From contig NW_024704744.1 in assembly GCF_018977255.1 (NCBI RefSeq), forward strand, positions 69,750,001 through 69,814,000: a stretch of 64,000 bases of DNA, written 5' to 3'. Position numbers and translations under genes: made by a program. The notes under the pieces are model-generated. The model was given only the letters and a program-made list of their open reading frames with translations, was not told the DNA's origin and did not search any database. Below are positions 9,716-23,735 of this stretch, in pieces. The DNA is from Callorhinchus milii (Eukaryota). Numbering within the stretch: the first letter of the stretch is position 1; each line of letters starts with the position of its first letter.

Positions 9716-12464
9716 AACAGGAACTTTACAGTACATTCTGTGAAGAGCTTTCGGATATCTCAACGATGGGATAATGCGCTATATCAGCAGCAACGATTAT
9801 TATTATTATTGTCGCGGTTTGTAGGACATTGTTGTGAGCAATCGTGTTGCCACATTTGCCTACAAACACAGAGTCACTCCATTTCACAGTAAATCCTGTG
9901 AAGTGTTTTGAGACGACCTGCCGCCAATGACAAGGCATTATACCAAATGCAAAGGAGTATATTATTATATAAATATATAAGTTGTTGTTCTTCAAGTGAA
10001 ACATAAATCCATTTCCTGTCTGCCTGTTCAGATGGTGTTAAAGATGCCATAAAACTACTGTATTTGAAAAGAGAAGGGAGTTTCTTGCAGTGTCCTGGCC
10101 AACAAATCAATCATTGATCAATCAAGCGGCTATTTGTGTGCAAATATGCGAGTGATCACATCAAATATGTAGTGACTGCACTTTAGAGGAATTTCCTGTA
10201 AATTATTTTGAGTAGTTTTAACATTAATGGTGTAATAGCAGATACAAGGAGTATTATTTTACTCAATTACCCAATAAAATATAGTAAGGAACACCCCCCT
10301 TCCCCCATCTTGTGTCCGGGCCAACAATCCCCAAATAAGATTGGGCATTCATGTCTGTTTATGCAACATTTATGCTGTGTTCAAAATAGCTGCTGAATTC
10401 CCCGACAAAATACACTGTCACTACACTTCACAGTAATTCCTGTCAAGAGCTTTGAGGCGACTCAACGATATTTTAAGGCGCTATATCAAATACAAGGATT
10501 ATCTATCTTCTATACTAACGAAACAACAACGTCTATGTGTCAGCCAAGATTTCAATACCTGATTGATGTAGAGACATGATTTATACCTCATCCGAAAGGC
10601 CTTGCATTTGGGGGTGTCATGGATATATTTTTTGGGGGGGATCTTCTATCGTGGGTTATGACCTAAACAAGCTCATCACACACGTATAGCAGGTTTGCGT
10701 TTTGCACTACAGTTATACCTGGTGGATGTGCCGACTCCCAGTGGCGCAGTGGCATTGTGCATCACAGAACACGTACGTACGCACACAGCAAGCACGCACT
10801 CAGACAAAGCCAAGCGGAGGGAACAAAATAAAGATGCCTAGGCAAACATCAAGCCTTTCAAATACAAATAAAAAGGCCGGATGAAAGAAAGGCTGATTAA
10901 ATTAAACTGAAGAACAAAGAACAGAACAGCTTATTGCAATAACTTGAGGACCTGCCAGATCACAAAGTAAACCCCTTAGGTTAGTATAGCTTTGATAAGA
11001 TCTATCTTTCATGAGCTATGTTCCTAAACAAGCTCATCGCACGTGTGTGGCAGTTTTGCTTCAGGTCTGCACACAGTGTTTATGGCATGTTAAATGGTTT
11101 GTGAGTGGTATCACTGTCATCCACATGCCATATTGCATCTTTTGGTTGCAAGCGTAGCTGCAATGGGTACAGCTAGTATATAAATGGGACAGAATACTGG
11201 CAACAGCAGCCTAAAGCTTCCTCAGCCACCTGGGGGAGTTGGATACCAAACTTTGTGACTGAGGCAGAGTACAATATGTTAGTACAGTACCACCTGGTGG
11301 CCTGAACTGAGTGTAACAATATTATCCAGGATGGCCAGCAAGAACTGAGATTGGGTTTGAGAAGTGGGAGAAACACGTTAGAGATCTGAAACGTTTGGTT
11401 GTCTTACAGAGACAACCCACTGAAACTTGAACCTGAATACCCAATGACAGGCATTGCCGCCATAGACCATCACGACTGAAAGAAACCTCTCCCTCTCCCA
11501 AAAAGAGACAAAAGTACCAGAATAACCAACCCTTCCTCGTGCCTCTGCCCCCTAATTTTTGGAATTAAACTAGCAGCCCTCCACTGCACCCTCTTCAGCA
11601 ATGAATATACAATACATTTGACTTTAATTTAATGTATAAGTCAGTTTTGTCACCCATGAAGGTTTTAGGCATTTTCTTGTTATTTACAATTCATTCTAAA
11701 ACTGGTTTGTTTCACCCTCCTCCTCAACCTACTGTTGACGACCAGTTATGCCTCCTTTCTCTGGAACTCCTCAAATCCACTTTACACCTTTCCCTACTAC
11801 TGTCAAAACCCTTTGCTTAACAGTGCCTTTCGTTCATACCCTTGGACTTCCTTTCCTCTGTATAGTGTTCCTTCTAGTCATTGTGAAGCATTCAAGATGC
11901 CATCCTACATGAAAGCTGTTTTGTAAGGGCATAAGCCGCTAAAAAAAGTCAAGATGATCACCCAGCTAACAAAAAGCACTAAAGGAACTAAACATTGCTA
12001 ATTTTGCTGGGACCATGTATTTAGGACTAGGGTTCAATAATGCCCACTGAGAATGTTTGACTGATATTCTGGATTTTTTTATTAATGTCAACATGAATGA
12101 GCAAGGAGGCATTGTTAATAAATAATGTTGCTTTAAATGGAGTAATTAAATTCCCTCAGAGGACTGACTAAACTGTGTAGAGTTCAGGATATTGCAAATT
12201 TACTTGGCCTATTGGTTTGATGTCAGCTTGGCTTATTAGCTTTCATACAAAGTGTCCTTTAGTAACACACAGCAGTAGCACTGTTAGGCATATAAAACCA
12301 CTGATCCATCTAGCCAACTCATCTAATCTTTCAAAAGATTCTTTGATACATCTGTCTCATTATGTAATAAGTCTGAATCCTTCTAATTTCCAAGAATTGT
12401 CCAGTTGAAGGGATTATTGCCTCCAGAAAAGCAATGCACCAATTGATTAATGAACGGGTTCCTA

Positions 12465-12735
12465 CTTACTCATTCTCTCTGTTCCACTATTGGTGGCCAT
12501 GCTTTCAGCCACTACGCCCCAAAACTCTGGAATTCTCTTCCTCAATCCCTCTGCCTTTCCCCCAGCCTCCTCACTTTTAAATCCCGCCTGAAGACTTTTC
12601 ATTTTAATTGTGGTTTCGGTCACCACTCCACTGCCTCTCCCCCTGGCTTGGCGTCAGACTATCAAGCACTATCAAGTGCTCCGGGACACTACCCTGTGTG
12701 AAGGGCACTATATAAATGCAAATTGTTGTTGTTGC
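12465..12735 (+). mobile_element. L2 3' fragment
   Basis: GGHAFSHYAPKLWNSLP...FKSRLKT and tail GGGCACTATATAAATGCAAA(TTG)n. Confidence 0.75.
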
Positions 12736-13023
12736 TAGGTAAACAGAGGTGCGTGGCGTAAAAAGCAAATTAGCTGCCATATTGGTCAAGAAAAATCCAG
12801 TTACTCCTAAGAAGTGCTTATTATCCAGAATTTGCTCCTATCCCAGTACAAAGAATATTACCAATTGCAGACTGTGTCAGGGTCAAACACATTGGTGTTT
12901 ACTGAATTGTGAGTGAGAATGAACATATTCAGCCACAAAAATTAAATAAAACATTACAATATTTTTATAATAACTTATCTTCAGTCACCCATTACTGGTC
13001 ACCTATCAGTTGGTAGTAATATC

Positions 13024-14010
13024 AACAACAACAAGATTACATTTGTATAGCGCCTTTCACGTCAGGAGGATGTCCCAGGGCGCTGGACAGTGTACAGCAT
13101 TTCAGACCCGAGCTAAGGTCGGGGGTGGGCGGGGGAAGGGAGGGGAGAGGAAGGGGGGGTGGCCAATGGCATGGTTGAAGAGGAGGGTTTTGAGGCGGGT
13201 CTTGAAGGAGGTTAAGGAGGGGGGAGGCAGAGTGATTAGGGGATGGAATTCCAGAGGTTGGGGGCAGAGTGGCTGAAGGCCAATGGTGGGGCGGGTGGGT
13301 CGGGGACGTGGAGCAGGTCAGAGCCGGCTGAGCGGATGGAGCGGGCGGGTTGATAGGGGGTTAGGAGGTTGCAGAGGTAGGGTGGGGCGAGGCCATGGAG
13401 GGCTTTGTAGGTGAGGACCAGGAACTTGAACTGCATCCTCTGAAGGATAGGGAGCCATTGGAGTTGGGCGAGAATGGGGGAGATGGGGTCGTGGACTTTG
13501 GTGCGGGAGAGGACACGGGCTGCAGAGTTCTGGATTATCTGCAGTCTGTGGAGGGAGGAGTTGGGAAGGCCGACAAGCAGGGCGTTTGCATAGTCGAGCC
13601 TGGAGGTGATGAAGGCATGAACAAGAGTTTCAGTGGCCTGAGGGGTGAGTAGTGGCGGAGTCGGGCGATGTTACGGAGGTGGGAGAAGGCAGAGCGGGTC
13701 AAGGGTTTGATGTGGGGAAGAAGACAGTTGAGGGTTGAACAAGACACCCAGGTTCCTGACTGGGTTGGTGAGTTGTAGTGACCAGCCATGGAGGTTGATG
13801 CTGCCAGAGCCTGAGGTGCTGAGGCGCTGGTGTGAGCCAATCAGGAGGGCCTCAGTCTTGTTCACATTCAACTGCAGGAAGTTTGCCCTCATCCAGGACT
13901 TGATGTCCGACAGACAGTCTGTCAGGACAGCAGTGGTTCTGGAGTTGAGGGTGGATGCAGAAAGATAGAGTTGGGTGTCATCCGCATACATATGGAAGTT
14001 GACCCCATGT
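13024..14010 (-). mobile_element. L2 LINE 3' fragment
   Basis: HGVNFHMYADDTQLY...NFLQLNVNKTEALLIGS, FKFLVLTYKALHGLAPPYL, and an (AAC)n tail. Confidence 0.9.
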
Positions 14011-14424
14011 ATCGCCTTAAGATTGGATGGTTCTGGATTCAAGCTCCACATCGTGATTTTGAGCTTGCAGTCATAACTCTCCAAAGAGGAGCTACTGAAG
14101 AACAGCATTGTCGGAGGTGGCATTCTTTAGAATGAGATGTTAAATCAAGGTCCCATCTGCCTGTTCTTCAGCTGTATGTTAAAGGTCCCATGGCATTATT
14201 CAAAAAAGAAGGGAGATTCTTCCAGTACACTATTTAACAACCCTCTAAATTACTTAATCATTTACTTCAAGCTGTGAGACCTTGTTGCACATGAAATGGC
14301 TGCTTTTGTTGCATTTACCTACAAAAACAGTCACTAAACTTGACAATGAATTACTGTAAAGGGATTTGAGATGCTACAAAAATGTAAGTTCCCATTGAGA
14401 ACACAATGATTTCTTTAAATATTG

Positions 14425-14691
14425 TACACCTGAGTCTCAGGCGCAATCTCACCTTATCAGGGTGTGCGCAGGTGCACACATGAATGTGATATACATAGGG
14501 GCGACTCCCAATTGTATTAACGGGAGCATCCCCAAAAACATGTGTGCAACCTTGTGCAGTGAAGGAATGTACTGTAAACAATGGATGTTTTCATATCGGG
14601 AGAAAAGGAAAAAATTGTAATAGAAAATGTGATTTTTTTGGATTTCTGTTGTACTAAATATATTTATAAATAAATATATATTTTAAAAAAA
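14425..14691 (+). mobile_element. 3' UTR fragment of a Tx1/L1-like LINE
   Basis: Reverse complement of part of 47693-47970. Ends in AATAAA and an A-tract. Confidence 0.65.
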
Positions 14692-16791
14692 GACAATCTC
14701 TATTATCAAGCTAGTTGTCCTGTATTGTGTATACTTACTCTTTAGTCCTTATTTATGAATTGTCAGGGCGCTCGGAATCACTGATAAACCATTTTCTGAT
14801 CCTGAATAACGCCATTGAATGAAAAGATATCTGAGTGAATCTTATAACTTGTTGTCCTTGTACTTTTCTCTCTGTTTTCCTCCCCTCTTGTGAAGATGCC
14901 GACTTCCTGCTGAGCTACAGTTTTAAGACACAGGAGCTTTTCAACCTCTCCCGTAAAAGGTCATTCTTATGTGTGAGTCCAGATAGGCAGCCTGCTTAGC
15001 GAGAGAAGAAGAGCATCAAAACCAAACCAACTATACTACTACTAATAATAATAAACCTTGCATTTGATGTAGTGCCTTATCACATTGTTGAGATGTATCA
15101 AAGCGCTTCAGAGGATACACTGTAAAGTGAATTGACAGTATATTTTGTGGGCGAGACTATTACCCAATGACTTCACATGTGCATTTAGCAGAAAAGGAGG
15201 GGAGGGGCATGGTGGAGAGGAAACACTGATTCCCTCCTACCTAGGGATGCTGAGGTCAGTTGAAGAACCCTAACAACTCACTTGCATGAGATTAGCTAAC
15301 TCAGCACAGATCAAGGATCACCCCTGAGACCTTAACAATCTATATGTCTCAGTACCACAAGATATTTTTTTGGAGGGGTCTGCCTGATGTCTGATACACA
15401 CAAAGGCATTGCCCTGCTTAAGTGTATCCAAGCCAGAGCGAAGGTTCAACATATGCATGATGCCATGTCATTGACATCCGACAAGTGCAGGTTTCAGCTC
15501 TCACTAGGTGGATGGCAGGTAACACAAAATCTGTGAGCTTCCTGGGGAGCAACACAGCTGAGCATTAAAATGCATGAGAACACTGTCACCACCTTCCTTC
15601 CCACAGTTTGGACAGGTATCCCTACACACTGAGCACTGCTTCCTCCAGTTGGAGGTGCAGTTGTTACATCCTCACGACGTAATATACATAATATAAATGC
15701 AATCTGTTGTTGTTCCAGAGCCCAAACTGGACCCCAGGTAACACTTTCCAGTAGCTCTAGTCCCAAGCCTCCGAGTTTCCTCATTGAATATTCAACGAAC
15801 ATCTGCCTTCAGCATGGTGGGAGAACCTATACAGATTCCTGTGACATGACAGTCACCATGATGTTCTTTGGGCCCAAGTCCAATGTGCTCCAGGCATGCT
15901 CTGTACCAATGATTTAATCCAGATTCTCATGTGGTGAGCTTCGACAAGCAAAAACTGCCAAATAAAATATTATAGAGTTGTATGTTTATTCAATATATCA
16001 GTAACTTGTGCTATATTGACTGATGTATTTAATTCATTTGAAGCAGTCTTTGGGAATTAGTGTCAACACCCTCAGAAACACAAAAGGTCACACCCTTGTT
16101 TTATCCACCTGACTGTTTGGGATGTTTCTCACAGCAAATAATAACTTCCTGCACTGTCATTCTCAGTGGCCATTTCCAAACAAGCAGCCATCTTCAAGCA
16201 GGCACCTTCCAACACACCTTACACCTCTAATTCACTGTGAAACATCTATTTTTTGTAGGTTAAGGGGTGGGAACATTTATTATCTGAACAAGTTAATGCA
16301 GTGTATTGCAATCCTCCGCTTTCCACATAACCCCACCTATAAATAATGACTATTGAAGGTAGTTATTTTGGTGGTGTCCTCATACTGTATCCATTTGTGT
16401 ATATAATTCGTGCTATTAGCTGTATAAGATTCCAGAGAGCTGAGCCTCCCTCCCCTTTGTGGGTGTTTTTGATGATTTCAGATTGATTTATGGAGAACGC
16501 GTTTCTTTTTAAAGTTCTTTGTTTAATCTTTTCTCAATACTGCGCTGAACATTTGCAGGAAATCACTACAAACCGATGACAAACTGCAGCACGATGTTAT
16601 TCTCGCTCCTGTTGCTTAACTTCAATCTGACTAAAATAAAAGGTTCACTTAGCTTTGGATTTTATTGCTTTTGCGTCGCCAATGACTGGAGGACTAAAAC
16701 GTTTAATGGATTCACTGTCTGAAATTGACCAGAAATAACAGGAAAGTCACAGCCTGGATTCTAACTGCCTGTCCAGAACCCTCCAGAAATG

Positions 16792-16877
16792 ACACCAATA
16801 TGTTATTGATGGTCAGTTAGCATTGCATATATATATGTGTCAGCAATGCTAACTGACCATCAATAACATATTGGTGT
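16792..16877. repeat. Perfect 35-bp inverted repeat with 16-nt spacer
   Basis: ACACCAATATGTTATTGATGGTCAGTTAGCATTGC (16792-16826) is the exact reverse complement of 16843-16877. Confidence 0.95.
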
Positions 16878-17591
16878 ATATTGGTATATATATATATCTT
16901 CCCCCAAAGGCAAATCGTGCATTAGTCAATGCCTAAAGTGAACGAAGAACCAAAATGGTTTGAATGATAAAGTGTGCCGAGATGCAAATGGTGATGGGAG
17001 CTGTGGTTTCAAGTGAGTTGGTGAAACCGTTACTAAGCCAAAAAAAAGTGCTGCACGATTTCACACCTTTTACTTCCATAGCCTCAACCAGTGGAGTTAA
17101 ATCTAGATTCAGCAAAAAAAAACACACACACACACACACCGTTCAGATGATGCGAAAGCACTTGAAATTTGCAATTGATATTATTACCATCATCATCATC
17201 ATCCAGAAGTGTGATTTGCAAAAGGAAACTGCGCATATGGGTTGTTAATGTTTTGCCCACAACTAATTGATGGGTACAAGATATCAGGCAAAACCTGGAG
17301 CGATTCGCTAAACAAATGAGCAGGTAGTCAGGCGTGTGTGAGTGAGTGAGTGAGTGAGTGAGTGAGTGAGTGTGTGGCTCCTGGTAGTACAGTGATTAGA
17401 TTAGTACAGGGAGATCGTCTGTGTGTTATTCTAATGATGGGTGCAGCGAGTTTCACTGATATCATCGCGCTGTAACAGAACCTGCCCTTTACAGCGCTCA
17501 GTGTGTGTGTGTGTGTGTGGGGGGGGGGGGGGACCGCTTTGCATAAACCCCAATTGCTGCATTTAAGAAAAACACTGGATCGTTTCAAACG

Positions 17592-17850
17592 NNNNNNNNN
17601 NNNNNNNNNNNNNNNNNNNNNNNNNNNNNNNNNNNNNNNNNNNNNNNNNNNNNNNNNNNNNNNNNNNNNNNNNNNNNNNNNNNNNNNNNNNNNNNNNNNN
17701 NNNNNNNNNNNNNNNNNNNNNNNNNNNNNNNNNNNNNNNNNNNNNNNNNNNNNNNNNNNNNNNNNNNNNNNNNNNNNNNNNNNNNNNNNNNNNNNNNNNN
17801 NNNNNNNNNNNNNNNNNNNNNNNNNNNNNNNNNNNNNNNNNNNNNNNNNN
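17592..17850. other. Assembly gap (N run) about 1.1 kb upstream of the OVOL2 start codon
   Basis: Run of n characters. Confidence 1.
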
Positions 17851-18399
17851 AATCCTTTCCAAGGTAACGGAAGTAAAAGTTTCATCAAGTTTGGAAAAAA
17901 AAAGGTGAACGGATTTGCAGTCAAATCTGTTAAACCGCGAGTGTCGTTAACTCCACAATCACTGCCGACTTTACACAATATATACACTACAACCGTTTCC
18001 ATCCCTTCCAACTTCACGTTGTGTCCACGTTGCACAAACGGTTAAGATCTCAGGTTTCATCCTCTCAGGTAAAGGGGTGTCGAATGTATGCAAAGAGCCT
18101 CCAGGCGTTTTTTTTTTGCACACACACACACACACACACCTTTCTTTTTTTCTCTCTCCAGCAACTGCACACAATCCTAACTACAAGCAATTGGGAAAAA
18201 GAGGAGCAGTGCAATGTTAACACCCGCAGCGTCGAGTTGCAATCACAATTCCCTGGTTGCAAAGCAAACGCGTTTGCCCTTCGATGAGGGTTTTTTTTAA
18301 ATAAAAGAGAGGGGAGTTTGGAAACGTGTTAATTCTCTTTTTTTTTTGGTGGTGGTGGTGGTGGGGAAAAAGGGAGTGGGGATTGAAATCCTTTCTAAT

Positions 18400-18938
18400 C
18401 CTGTACATTCCCCCCTCCAGTGGATTCGTGAGCACCCGGGGCGAGCGGGATGTGTGAAGAGGCATATTCTGTAAGGTTTTGCATAGTTGGGAGTTTTGCA
18501 AACATGGGTTTTTTTTTTCTGCACAAGGGCAGGGACTCAGACAACCTGCACCAACCGGTCGGACAGGTACCAGAACTTGTTGACACCGTTATTTCTCAGC
18601 ACGCATGCGTCCTCCCAAATTTCCTGTTGTATTTTCAATTTCGCTTAAGCAAACTTTTCCTGTTACTCCAAAGGTGGATCTCGAGGTGAGAGGTGCCTCC
18701 CTCCCTCCTCCTCCTCCTCCTCCTCCTCCTCTTTTGCACCCGTTTAAACAGCGCACACAAGGACTTCGGAAGTGCCGCTGAGATCTTCCACGGAGAGCAA
18801 AAAAAAACCACCTGAACCCTCGGGATTGCTCCTGGTGGGGTGGAGGGTGGAGGGTGGAGGAGGATCCGATCCGAGTGCTGGAGGGAGAGGGAGAGAGGGA
18901 GAGGGAGAGGGAGGGGGATCGATCCCCTCTTCCTCACT
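18400..18938 (+). promoter_or_regulatory. OVOL2 proximal promoter / 5' UTR with OVOL, GRHL-like and ZEB-like motifs
   Basis: AACCGGTC at 18553, CAGGTA at 18564, CCGTTA at 18586 and CACCTG near 18809, directly upstream of the ATG at 18939. Confidence 0.5.
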
Positions 18939-19038
18939 ATGCCCAGAGCATTCCTGGTGAAAAGAAAAGAGCCTTATTTAGGAGTTCGCAATTGGGCAGA
19001 GCTGCCGGATGAAGAAAGAGCGGATACCTACATACCAG
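18939..19038 (+). CDS. OVOL2: OVOL2 exon 1 (SNAG domain)
   Basis: MPRAFLVKRKEPYLGVRNWAELPDEERADTYIP; 100 nt; donor G|GTGAAG. OVOL2 is preferred over OVOL1/3 because of synteny with MGME1/SNX5/PET117 and the LKKTSKK C-terminus. Confidence 0.93.
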
Positions 19039-20323
19039 GTGAAGGGCAACCGTTCAAATAAACCAGGGCTGGAGGGGGGGGGAGACACACACACACACAC
19101 ACACACACACAGGGAGAGGAGGGAGAGGAGGGGAGGGAGAGGAGGGAGGGAGGGAGGGTGGGGGGTGGCGTTAACCTTTGCAACTTTGGAGTTAAAAGTT
19201 CCTGGAAGAGGCAAAGGGTGTGCGTACGGGAAAGGTGATATCAGGCGCTCAAAGTTCAGACTGCGCCCTCTCTCCTCTCACTCTCTCTCTCTCTCCACTC
19301 TCTACTCTCTCTCTCTCTTCCTCTACTCTCTCTTCTCTCTCTCTCCCTCTCTCCTGGATCTCACAGCAGTGCCCGGCTCAGACTTGTCAGCCTTTGCTCA
19401 ATGCACCCTCTCCTCGGGGCTGGGTTTGCTCGATTGCAAGGTCCAACCTGTTGTGTGTGTGTGTTGTGTGTGTGTTGTGTGTCTATCTGTCTGTCTGTCT
19501 GTGTTTGTTTTTCTTTTTTTTAAAAAAAATTGCACCTCCTCATCTCTCAGTGTCATTCATTTCAGCGAAGCCCAAAGGGGAACCGATCGATTTATTTCAT
19601 TCCATTCATTCGGGACCTTGGAATTAAAAAAAAACACTTGATTTTTTTTAAAAATAAAAAAAATAAAGAGTGGGGGGGGAGGAGGGGAGGAAGGAGAAGG
19701 GGTTAAAGTAACGTTTTCTGTCTCTTCAAAATCCAGGATGCTCTGTAATATAAATGCAACCTGTCCGTGAAAGGACAGCCTGTGTTTATATCACAGAGAA
19801 CTCTATGTTCTTTGATTCAATCACTTATCAACTTGTTAGAGGGTAACAACCAGACAGAGAATGCTCCACCGACCTTTCCCACGTTAAGGTCGCCTGTGTT
19901 TCTTCTCCCCTCCCCTCCCCTCCCCTATTTCAACGGGTCCAAGTGTGAACATAACGGGAACGGGAGTAACAGACCTTTTTTTTTTTCTCCCCCACCTGCC
20001 AAGGGTTGTAAAGTTTTCCCCAGTGCTGGATTCCTCCCTGGGGTGGGGGGGGGGGGGGGTTGTGATTGAGAGCAGCTTTGAAGCCAGGTAACCCTCAGCC
20101 AAGGTTCAGTTCTCTCCCAGCCATTGTGTGCAGCCCAACCTCTCTGCTTACAAAAGGCACACAACAGCACCAGGGTTTCATTCCAGCGCTAACACCTTTC
20201 GGTTTGCACCGACGGATTCCCTGGGCGATGCATTTACTCACTTACTTACTTACTTACTTATCAGTTTCATTCATTGATTAACTGATTTATTTATTTAGCG
20301 ATTTTAATTTTGTTTTTGCGCAG

Positions 20324-20520
20324 TGAATTTAGGCTGCTTTTCGAATTACGGCGAAGGGGAGATCGAGGAGGCGACAGCTGGGACAGCGCGGTCGGACAGA
20401 TGTGCGAACGCAGCCGATCTGCGCCACGGTTGCAAGGCAGAACCGGACCAGGAGAATGCGGCTGAACGAGTTTTGGAAACGGAGTTGGAAAGGCGTAGTG
20501 TAGGGCGCTCGAAAATCAAG
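20324..20520 (+). CDS. OVOL2: OVOL2 exon 2
   Basis: Acceptor TTTTTGCGCAG. VNLGC...RRSVGRSKIK. Donor AAG|GTAGGC. Phase is consistent. Confidence 0.9.
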
Positions 20521-21267
20521 GTAGGCAACGGAGCGGAGAAAAACCCCCCAGAGCTGAAAACTTGTCAGCTTTGCCCTTCATACCTCAGTTAATAATTATA
20601 GCAGTCAACAGCCACAATAGGTGATGCACAAACCCAACCAACCTCCCTGAACAAGCTCTCCACGTGTACTCAGTATTAGAATAAGATAGAGTAAAATAAA
20701 ACCCGTTCACACGTGTAAATTGAAATGGAACCAAAGTAAGGATGTTGCCAGTGTATTCATGCATCCCAAATGGAGCAAACGAAACGGTGCTCCCCACATC
20801 CCCAGCCCCCCCCCCCCAAAAAAAAGGCATAACCGACAAATGCCCTGTGCTGTGTGTAGGAAGCTTTCTTTGCAACAAACCTTTTGCAGTTTGAAGGGTC
20901 GGCGAGTGCGGCCAATGTGCTTAGTCCATACACACACCAACAAAGACCAGCGGCGCCTCCACACATCACCGTTACACCACCACTGACCGTACACGTGTAG
21001 CGATTAAAACGAATCAACCGATCCACACGCTCTTTATAAACACTCGTGGACACCAGCTTTAATACGTTTCAGTTAAACACAAAATCTTTACATCTAAACC
21101 CCCCCCCACACATAATATTTTAATTATCTTTTAATTACCCCCTCCTGCCTTCCAAAAAAAAGTGGAGCGATTTTCTAAGTCGGTGAAAGGCGTTGCAAAG
21201 TGCAGGGGGGCAGAGGGCTGGGGGTCAGAGGGCTGGATGCGTAACGGTGCCTGCACTCCTCTTGTAA

Positions 21268-21498
<231 letters not shown>

Positions 21499-21951
21499 TA
21501 GTCTGTACCTAGGCAGAGCGGGTGGGGTGGGGGAGAGGGGGGCGTATTGCTTATTGCAAGTCAAGGCCATTAGAGACACCCTGCGGGGAATGTGTAAAGG
21601 CACCAATCGGTAACAGCGGTTGTAGAAGCCGCAAGGTTTCGCGCGTTCTATTCCCTGTCCGCCTTGAGTGTCTTCATTTTCAGCTGGGCAGCGGTCCGGG
21701 CGGTGATCGAAAACTCTGCCGCCTGTACACTCACCCGTGCTAGACTCCGCTCCACCATCAGCACCCGTGGTTTCAGCCACTCCGCCCCGAAACTCTGGAA
21801 CGCTCTTCCTCTATCCCTCCACCTACTCCCTTCCCCGTTTTCAGGTCACGCTTGAAGATCTTCCTATTGGACAGTGCCTAGTCACCTCCCCTTCCTCCCA
21901 GCTTGGAGTCGTGTTCCACCACTGTCAAGCACTCTGGGATACCCTGCGTGA

Positions 21952-22403
<452 letters not shown>

Positions 22404-23735
22404 AACAGAACTGATGGAAAGAAAGCTCATTCACTGGATCAAAAAGAGGCTTTGTTACCAGGTGACCACACCTGCTGGGAAAAGTTAGCCTTCATACTGC
22501 AGAAATGTCACACAATTCACAGAACGAATATTTTTAAAGGGTTAAGGATATTCTGGGATTTTTCCAACTTTTTTTATCAGCTTTATTTCTTTGCAGGTGC
22601 ATGTATTCTGCAAGTTTATTATTTTTGAGCATTGGTGCAGGGTATGTATGCTGCAGACTGGAACATATATTTAATGCCTGTTCTGAAGTGGGAAAAAAAG
22701 GTGCACGTCATGTAAACATCATGAACTGGCAGAGTGCAGTAATGTATCTCTTACTTTGATGTGCAAAATTTGGAAATATTAAATAATGATAATTTAACGC
22801 GTGACATTCCAAATGGGTGTTATGCAACTCTTTTGAACCTTGTAAAAAATACTTTTATATTACTAATTCACATTCATTGTGTATTTTTTTTTAATCTATA
22901 AATGCTTGTTCCCTTGATAATTTATTTTCCTCTCCTTCATAATTTTTTCACATTTCCAGGGGTGGGGGGATTTGTCTTACAGGATCTATTAGTAACATAG
23001 GAACCTCAACCTAATGGCCATTGTTCATGTGTGACTCTTGACAGTGAGTGCTGGCAGACTGAGCTCTATTCTGTCCTCACTCAACATCTACACATTTCAA
23101 CTTTCCAGCAGGGATCACCAAATAGCTATTGGGAGTGGGGAGACCCTGGCTGATTTGATTTTCCACTTGCTAGAAGGCACAGTAAAAAGACTGAGACTGA
23201 CTGAGTCAAAAAAAACTTTGATGGTCAATGCTTTGGAAGACAGAGGAAGAGGCTAATATCCGTAGCAAATTTGCGGAGAAGTGACATTATTTAATGATAA
23301 CAGCCACATGAAGAGAAGCGATGGTGAGAAAGTGAATTGGTACCAATAGATCTATTGCAGAATACAATTGAATGAGTCATGCATAATTATAGGTGAATTA
23401 TGTCAGAGCTAATAATCATCAACTCAAGAATGAGCCAGATTCACTTGTTGGTAATGACATACTCCACCAATAAAGCTTATAATAGGACAAATCAATTGCT
23501 TTAGTTGCAGCCTGCCCAAGGGCGACTGATGGGCTGAGATAGCTGGTCCCACTTAATACTGGTGAGACTATAGTTAAGTCACCATGCTACCATCTTAGGC
23601 AGAGATACTCATTCTCTCCTCTCTTGCTGTATCAGAACTCTACCCTGGACATGACAAAGATGTATTGTTGAAGTAATAACAATCCTTGCACTTGATACAG
23701 CATGTTATCACCATGTCTAAAAACATCTAAAATCT

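Noticed and set aside
17328-18045. ORFs spanning X runs
   Set aside because: Artefacts of the N gap.
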